Assembly: GCF_006345805.1 (NCBI RefSeq) | Contig: NW_021829511.1 | Location: 1 to 6,017 of the forward strand | Length of the DNA: 6,017 bases | Reading direction: 5' to 3' | DNA from: Octopus sinensis | Taxonomy: Eukaryota | Shown here: piece after piece, positions 1-5,398 of the stretch | How positions within the stretch are numbered: the stretch's first letter is position 1 | Layout of the letters: each line of letters starts with the position of its first letter | Program-made: the position numbers and the translations under genes | Notes under the pieces: generated by a model | Databases searched by the model: none | Told to the model about the DNA's origin: nothing | Seen by the model: the letters and a program-made list of their open reading frames with translations, nothing else

Positions 1-283
1 GGATTTGGTAGACGGAAACTGAAAGAAGCCGTCGTATATATGTATATATATGTGTGTGTGTGTGTATAGGTTTGTGTGTCTGTGTTTGTCCCCCCAACAT
101 CGCTTGACAACAGATGCTGGTGTGTTTACGTCCCCGTTACCTAGCGGTTCGGCAAGAGAGACCGATAGAATAAGTAGTAGGCTTATAATGAATAAGTCCT
201 GGGGTAGATTTTTGCTCGATTAAAGGCGGTGCTCCAGCATGGCCGCAGTCAAATGACTGAAACAAATAGAAGAATAAAAGAAT
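1..283 (+). mobile_element. 3' portion of an octopus-type tRNA/CORE SINE (head lies upstream of the window)
   Basis: GGATTTGGTAGACGGAAACTGAAAGAAGCC, an internal (TA)/(TG) tract, then ...GGCGGTGCTCCAGCATGGCCGCAGTCAAATGACTGAAAC and an (AAGAATA)-type repeated tail. This matches my recollection of a very abundant Octopus SINE. A diverged inverted copy of its 3' end occurs at 4359-4432. Confidence 0.8.
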
Positions 284-360
284 ATATATGTATGTATATA
301 CATATAATGTAATATATTATACTTTATAACGATGAGTTTCCCCAGATATATAAATATATG

Positions 361-501
361 TTTAACGGTGTTCAAATCCAGCCGAGGTCGACTCTACCTG
401 TCATCCTTTGGGGTTCGATAAAATAAGTATCAGTTTCAGTACTGAGGTCGATTTAATCGACCAGCCCCTTCCCGAACTTGCCAAAATTTGAAATCAATAT
501 T
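361..501 (+). mobile_element. 5'-truncated copy of a second tRNA-derived SINE family
   Basis: B-box-like GTTCAAATCC (370-379), then GAGGTCGAC...TCATCCTTT...GATAAAATAAGTA..CAGT..ACTGAGGTCGATTTAATCGAC. Clearly homologous to the copies at 516-737 and 738-1730. Confidence 0.75.
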
Positions 502-515
502 ATATTCTGACTTTT

Positions 516-737
516 GCACACCGAGGAAAATGCTTAGCGGTAATTCTTTCCTATTTTTGTTCCGAGTTCAAACTCCGTCAAGTTCGACTTTGCCGTTCAT
601 CTTTTCAGGTTCGATGAAATAAGTACCAATCAAGCACTGGGACTAGTAAAATAAGTACCAGTCAAGTACTGGGGTCGATGTAATCATCTAGACCCATCCC
701 CAAAATTTCAGGACGTATGCCTATAGTAGGATGGAAT
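516..737 (+). mobile_element. Near full-length diverged copy of the second SINE family, with an internal 25-bp duplication
   Basis: GCACACCGAGGAAAATGCTTAGCGGT head, GAGTTCAAACTCC B box, central domain and CCCCAAAATTTCAGG..TGCCTATAGTAG tail. AAATAAGTACCA(A/G)TCAAG(C/T)ACTGGG occurs at 617-641 and again at 649-673. Confidence 0.75.
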
Positions 738-905
738 ATTCTTTTTTACTTTAGGCACAAGGCCCGAAATTTTTGGGGAAGTGGCCAGCCGATTAGATCG
801 ACTCCAGTACGCAACTGGTACATAATTTATCGACCTCGAAATGATAAAAGGCAAAGTCGACCTCGGCGCAATTTGAACTCAGAACGTAAAGACAGAAGAA
901 ATACC
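738..905 (-). mobile_element. SINE array unit A (3'-most; starts at GGTATTTC; short CCCCAAAAATTTCGGGCCTTGTGCC tail type)
   Basis: Reverse complement contains GAGTTCAAATTGCGCCGAGGTCGACTTTGCC (GTCGAC anchor at 856) and the same tail type as the copy at 516-737. Confidence 0.75.
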
Positions 906-1088
906 TTTTCTTTATTGCCCACAAGGGGCTAAACATAGAGGGGGCAAACAAGGAAAGATAAAGAGATTAAGTCGATTACATCGACTGCAGTGCGTAACTG
1001 GTACTTATTTAATCGATCCCGAAAGGATGAAAGGTAAAGTCGACCTCGGCGGAATTTGAACTCAGATCGTAGCGGCAGCCGAAATACC
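906..1088 (-). mobile_element. SINE array unit B (183 bp; starts at GGTATTTC)
   Basis: GTCGAC anchor at 1039; TTAATC...CCCCTTGTGGG tail type; direct repeat of the neighbouring units. Confidence 0.8.
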
Positions 1089-1305
1089 TATTTCTTTACT
1101 ACCCACAAGGGGCTAAGCAGAGAGAGGACAAACAAGGACAGATAAAGGGATTAAGTCGATTACATCGACCTCAGTTCGTAACTGGTATTTAATTTATCGA
1201 TCCCGAAAGGATGAAAGGCAAAGTCGACCACGGCGGAATTTGAACTCAGAACGTAACGGCAGATGGAATACGGCTACGCATTTCGCCCGGTGTGCTAACG
1301 TTTCT
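1089..1305 (-). mobile_element. SINE array unit C (217 bp; starts at AGAAACGTTAG)
   Basis: GTCGAC anchor at 1223; includes the A-box-containing part of the head that units A and B lack. Confidence 0.8.
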
Positions 1306-1524
1306 TATTTCTTTACTGCCTATAAGGTGCCACACACACAAAGGGAACAAACAAGGAGAGACAAAGGGATTAAATCTATTACATCGACCCCAGTGCGTAA
1401 CTGGTACTTAATTTATCAACCCCGAAAGGATGAAAGGCAAAGTCGACCTCGGCGAAATTTGAAATCAGAACGTAATGGCAGACGAAATGGCTGTAAGCAT
1501 TTCGCCCGGCGTGCTAACATTTCT
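1306..1524 (-). mobile_element. SINE array unit D (219 bp; starts at AGAAATGTTAG)
   Basis: GTCGAC anchor at 1442; same start point as unit C. Confidence 0.8.
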
Positions 1525-1730
1525 TATTTTTTACTACCCACAAGGGGCTAAACACAGACGGGATAAACAAGGACAGACAAAGGGATTAAGTCGATTACAT
1601 CGACTCCAGTGCGTAACTGGTACTTAATTTAAGTCGACCTCGGCGGAATTGGAACTCAGAACATAACGGTAGACGAAATATCGCTAAGCATTTCGCCCGG
1701 CGGGCTAACGTTTCTGCCAGCTCGCCACCT
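1525..1730 (-). mobile_element. SINE array unit E (complete tRNA-like head; about 25-nt central deletion)
   Basis: Minus strand begins AGGTGGCGAGCTGGCAGAAACGTTAG (A-box-like) and contains GAGTTCCAATTCC (B-box-like). The segment ATCAACCCCGAAAGGATGAAAGGCA seen in unit D is missing between 1630 and 1631. Confidence 0.8.
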
Positions 1731-1861
1731 GAGTAAGATGGAATGTTTGACTTTACAAAGTAGCATTTGTCCGTTGTAAAGTAAATAAATAAATTACAAA
1801 CTATATATGAACATAAATAATAAAACAAAACATCACTTTGTGATGAATCACTAGAAATGCT

Positions 1862-1996
1862 AAGCCTTCCTCTCTTTTCCTTTATTTACCTGCTTATCTG
1901 GCAATTAAGTATTTCTTTCGTTTTCCTTTCATTCTTTACTTATAGTTTTCTTTCGTTCTCTTTTTTTCTTTCTGTCTGTCAGTCTGTCTTTCTGTT
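1862..1996. repeat. Pyrimidine-rich low-complexity tract grading into (TCTG)n
   Basis: Direct reading: TTTTCTTTC / TCTGTCTG-type runs. Confidence 0.7.
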
Positions 1997-2009
1997 TGAT
2001 AGCGTGAGT

Positions 2010-2088
2010 ACGTATGCATGTATGTATGTATGTATGTTTGTATTTACATATATATATATATATATATACATATACGTACATACATACT

Positions 2089-2121
<33 letters not shown>

Positions 2122-2365
2122 GAATTTCTACATAATTGTATCTGTGTACATGCATGTATGTATGTATGTATGTATGTATGTATGTATGTATGTATGTATG
2201 TATGTATTGTATGTATATATATATATATATATATATAGATATATATATATATATATGTATATAATATGTATGTGTGTATGGATGCATTTGTATTTATGAT
2301 ATGTATGTATGTTTGTATGTATGTATGTATGTATGTACGTTTCTATGTACGTATGTACTTACGTA
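2010..2365. repeat. Compound microsatellite (TATG)n/(TA)n
   Basis: Long (TATG) runs around 2150-2205 and 2300-2335; (TA) runs around 2050-2115 and 2212-2255. Confidence 0.95.
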
Positions 2366-2611
2366 TTACGGACGTCTTTTCTTCTCTCTAATTCCCGCAA
2401 GCGGTGAGTGATGACGGAAGCTTGCTTATTACGAATTAAGAAAACATGCATGTCGGCGGTTTTTTACAGACACCCGCCATATACACTCTAACGTCTGTGA
2501 TATAAATAGCCTCTGTTTCTATATTTGGTGAAGAAGCACTCTGTTGTTTGATAAAAATAGCTGTGGCGCAGTTTATTTCTGGATTCTTGGGTCTTGCTTA
2601 TAATTTTCTTG

Positions 2612-2665
2612 GTGCTTTTGTTGTTGTTGTTGTTGTTCTTTTTGCTGTTGCTGGTGTTGGTGGCT
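2612..2665. repeat. Degenerate (TTG/CTG/GTG)n trinucleotide repeat
   Basis: (TTG)6 at 2618-2635, followed by in-phase variants. Confidence 0.8.
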
Positions 2666-2771
2666 GGGGTATAGACGTTGTTGGCGATGCTCTCGGTAGT
2701 CAGGGTTGCAATAAATACACATGTTTATTTTATAAAACGGATGTCTGTATATGATATGTATGGATGAATAA

Positions 2772-2776
<5 letters not shown>

Positions 2777-2813
<37 letters not shown>
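2777..2813. repeat. Perfect (TG)n, 37 nt
   Basis: Direct reading. Confidence 0.95.
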
Positions 2814-2817
<4 letters not shown>

Positions 2818-2965
2818 GCTTGTGTCTAGCGTAAGAAAATGAGAATGTAATGAATTAATGTCTGGCGGTTTTTCTTGGATAAGCGGAAAAGTATCAGCGG
2901 AATTTTATAGTAATATAAAATGAATACTGTGTATATATGCATATATGCACACATACATGAATACT

Positions 2966-2968
<3 letters not shown>

Positions 2969-3006
<38 letters not shown>
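2969..3006. repeat. Perfect (CA)19
   Basis: Direct reading. Confidence 0.95.
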
Positions 3007-3007
<1 letters not shown>

Positions 3008-3090
3008 CATGCACACACATATATGCATAAATTCCAAGGCACACACATATATATGTACATAAACCTATAACAATACATATGAATATATGA

Positions 3091-3221
3091 ACGTATGTAT
3101 GTACGTACGACGTATGTAAGTACATATGTACGTACAACGTATGTACATATGTACGTACAACGTATGTATGTATGTACTACGTACGTACATACGTACATAC
3201 GTACATACGTATGTATGTATG
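3091..3221. repeat. Complex TACG/TATG/TACA satellite with a 23-bp tandem duplication
   Basis: GTACATATGTACGTACAACGTAT occurs at 3120-3142 and 3143-3165. Confidence 0.85.
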
Positions 3222-3255
3222 GTTTAACGAATGGTTGGAAATATGGGTGTGATGA

Positions 3256-3385
3256 TTGCACGTGGCCTAGTAGTTAGAGAGTTGCATTCACAATCGGGAA
3301 ATCCTTGTTTCGATTCCTGGGCTGAGCGCTGAGTCATGCTTTTGAGCAAAACACTTCATTTCACGTTGCTCTACGATCACTTCCA
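3256..3385 (+). mobile_element. tRNA-derived SINE head with CORE-like domain (third family; 3' end unresolved)
   Basis: A box TGGCCTAGTAG (3263-3273) and B-box-like GTTTCGATTCC (3307-3317) at tRNA-like spacing, followed by TTTGAGCAAAACACTTCATTTCACGTTGCTC (3341-3371), which resembles the CORE domain. Confidence 0.7.
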
Positions 3386-3821
3386 AATCTGACATCAGGC
3401 CCGCAGTTTATCCATACATGCCACTGTAAACGAATCATCTGAGCAGGCTGTTCAATAAGTTGCAAGAAATCATCTGTCCTCTCCGTTAGGTGAGTCAACA
3501 ACGTATGGGTGTGTATGCATGCATTCGTGTCTGAACGTGTCTGTATAAATACTAGTTTGACCATAAATGTGTTTCACTCTTTTTGTACGTGTAAGTCCTT
3601 TGGCTACGGAAGATAAGGTTTGAAAGTTGTCCTGCTGATGACTATTACTGAGGCAGAAACATGTATTTCCTTTTTCTTCATGTTAATGACACGCCAGTTT
3701 TTGTAGACACTTGATTCTTTGGATTATCTCCTTTTCCCATATAAAGCTAGTCTTAATTACCGTTAGGTGATTCTAATCATTAAAAAAAAATCAAGAATTT
3801 ATGTTGTATAGTACTTGATAT

Positions 3822-4010
3822 CTCTCTTTTCCTCTCTGTCTGTCGGGTCGTCGGTCTCTCTCTATCTTCTGTGTGTCTGTCCCTATGTGTCTGCCTGTCT
3901 GCGTGTCTGTTTATCAGTGTATCTGTGTGTCTGTGTGTTTGTGTGTCTGTCTGTCCCTGCCTGTGTATCTGTCTGTCTCTGTCTCTTTCTGTGTGTGTGT
4001 GTGTGTGTGT
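3822..4010. repeat. Degenerate (TCTG)/(TG)/(TC) low-complexity repeat ending in (GT)10
   Basis: Direct reading. Confidence 0.85.
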
Positions 4011-4261
4011 ATTACGTGTAGTATATAAAAGGGATTAAAATCGAAGCCGAGTCCTCTAGAAGTGCATCTGCGTTTTCTGGTAACTAAGTGAATGAGTGAA
4101 AATGTTTGATCTTATATTAAAACATATAAGTTCAGATTCCTTGCAGAATATGTATGTAATAAAGCAAGGACTAGAATATATATAATGAAACACGTGTTAC
4201 ACAGAATAAGGGCAATACCACATATATCCCATTCTGTTTGTTATTACATACTTATTCAGCG

Positions 4262-4268
4262 CACACAC

Positions 4269-4307
<39 letters not shown>

Positions 4308-4322
4308 CACAAACACACACAC

Positions 4323-4358
<36 letters not shown>
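4262..4358. repeat. Compound (CA)n-(TA)n microsatellite
   Basis: Direct reading; the (TA)n run abuts the tail of the inverted SINE fragment at 4359. Confidence 0.95.
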
Positions 4359-4361
<3 letters not shown>

Positions 4362-4432
4362 TTTTCCTCTTTTACTTACTTCAATCATTTGACTGCAGCC
4401 ATTCTGGAGCACTGCTTTTAGTCGAACAAATC
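4359..4432 (-). mobile_element. 3'-terminal fragment of the same SINE as 1-283, inverted
   Basis: Reverse complement GATTTGTTCGACTAAAAGCAGTGCTCCAGAATGGCTGCAGTCAAATGATTGAAGTAAGTAAAAGAGGAAAAGA aligns to 207-283. Confidence 0.8.
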
Positions 4433-4492
4433 TGTCTAAATAATGGAACTGCAGATACAATATCCATGCATATCTCACGTCTGTTTTCATTC

Positions 4493-4740
4493 CTTATAAC
4501 TTTCGCAGTAGAGCTCTTTCGCTTTTGCAAATAATGAAATTCTGTACGTCTGATATCATTCCTCCACTTCACTCTCTACTCTATTTCATGTCTTCTCTAG
4601 AATAACTATTGCTTAACCATTTTCTCGCACCGTCTCCGATGAAGTGATATATAAAATATCCCGGAAACAGCTGTAAGAACTTCTCTTTCTAAATGTTCTG
4701 AAATCTTTCACAGCCTTGCATTTCTATCTCATTCTGTTAA
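4493..4740 (+). mobile_element. Probable Penelope-like element pseudo-LTR fragment
   Basis: Contains a minimal type I hammerhead of the kind known from PLE pLTRs and a 68-bp segment repeated at 5358-5425 just ahead of a decayed PLE-like ORF. Boundaries are approximate. Confidence 0.55.
4632..4679 (+). ncRNA. Minimal type I hammerhead ribozyme (U4C core variant, probably decayed)
   Basis: Stem I TCT (4633-35) / AGA (4676-78); core CCGATGA (4636-42); stem II GTGATAT-ATAAA-ATATCCC (4644-62; 6 of 7 pairs); GAAA (4664-67); stem III A-C/G-T closed by the palindromic loop AGCT; GTA cleavage triplet at 4673-75. Confidence 0.75.
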
Positions 4741-4744
4741 TGCA

Positions 4745-4830
4745 CCGAGGCATATGCCCATAGACACACCATCTTCTCTCTACGTGTCGTATGAGTTTCA
4801 ACAATTCATACTCCTACTACTCTAACGATA
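4745..4830 (-). mobile_element. Possible short RTE-clade LINE ORF C-terminal remnant
   Basis: Minus strand 4780-4745 translates ERRWCVYGHMPR, with the same spacing as the RTE C-terminal motif (E)RRLRWYGHVxR. The match is only 12 codons long. Confidence 0.3.
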
Positions 4831-4991
4831 TTGCTTTAACCTGTATGGAAGCTGTGAATATGTCATTATCAATAGAAATGTGTCAGAGATTTTAACGATA
4901 CTTAGGATTTAAGATATATGGAAAAATTTACATTCATATCTATGAGAAATCATGGAAGTTTTATCCTCTCCCATTATTTGTAATTACATAT

Positions 4992-5015
4992 ACACACACA
5001 CACACAAACACACAC
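4992..5015. repeat. (CA)n microsatellite
   Basis: Direct reading. Confidence 0.9.
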
Positions 5016-5264
5016 GATTATGCGCATACATACATCAATAATGTATTATTCTCTGGTGGAGCTGAGTCTGAACGATTCCCTTATCGTGCACCGTACCGTA
5101 TATAACCTCAACCGATTTCATCCGATTACTGCACTATCCCAGCTTGAAACTTCAAATAGCTCACATAACTTCTACATTTACTACTTGTCGACTTACTTAG
5201 CAACTGCCTACATGCATGCATACTTATATACGTACATAAATACATACACGCATGCGTATGAAAT

Positions 5265-5316
5265 TGTGTGTGTGTGTTTGTGTGTGTATGAGTGTGGTGT
5301 GTGTGTGTGTGTGTGT
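5265..5316. repeat. Imperfect (TG)n microsatellite
   Basis: Direct reading. Confidence 0.9.
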
Positions 5317-5398
5317 TCACCGATTCATGTTAAGAAATATCTTAAACTTCTATAAAGCTTATAACTTTCGCAGTAGAGCTCTTTCTCTTTTGCAAATA

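Noticed and set aside
738-1730. CRISPR-like or tRNA-gene array interpretation of the periodic repeats
   Set aside because: Whole 170-220 bp units are homologous with no unique spacers, and the heads have A/B-like boxes but no complete cloverleaf. The context is eukaryotic SINE DNA.
717-1828. ORFs 717-932, 1240-1551 and 1595-1828, with repeated peptide blocks
   Set aside because: They are translations of SINE array units; the peptide repeats simply mirror the DNA repeat.
1750-1845. Small hairpins ACTTTACAA/TTGTAAAGT (1750-1782) and CATCAC-TTT-GTGATG (1831-1845)
   Set aside because: Short AT-rich stems are expected by chance; no supporting context.
1857-2299. ORFs rich in YI, MYVC and HT repeats (also those within 3007-3277, 3815-4021, 4197-4534 and 5020-5452)
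   Set aside because: They are stop-free because of microsatellite composition and show no protein-like sequence.
2376-2409. Pyrimidine tract, AAG, CG, GTGAGT (apparent 2-nt exon)
   Set aside because: AAG is a weak acceptor and a 2-nt exon is implausible without junction reads; only the donor-like match is real.
2408-2520. Box C motif GTGATGA suggesting a C/D snoRNA (also at 1840-1846)
   Set aside because: No CTGA box D or terminal stem at a suitable distance downstream.
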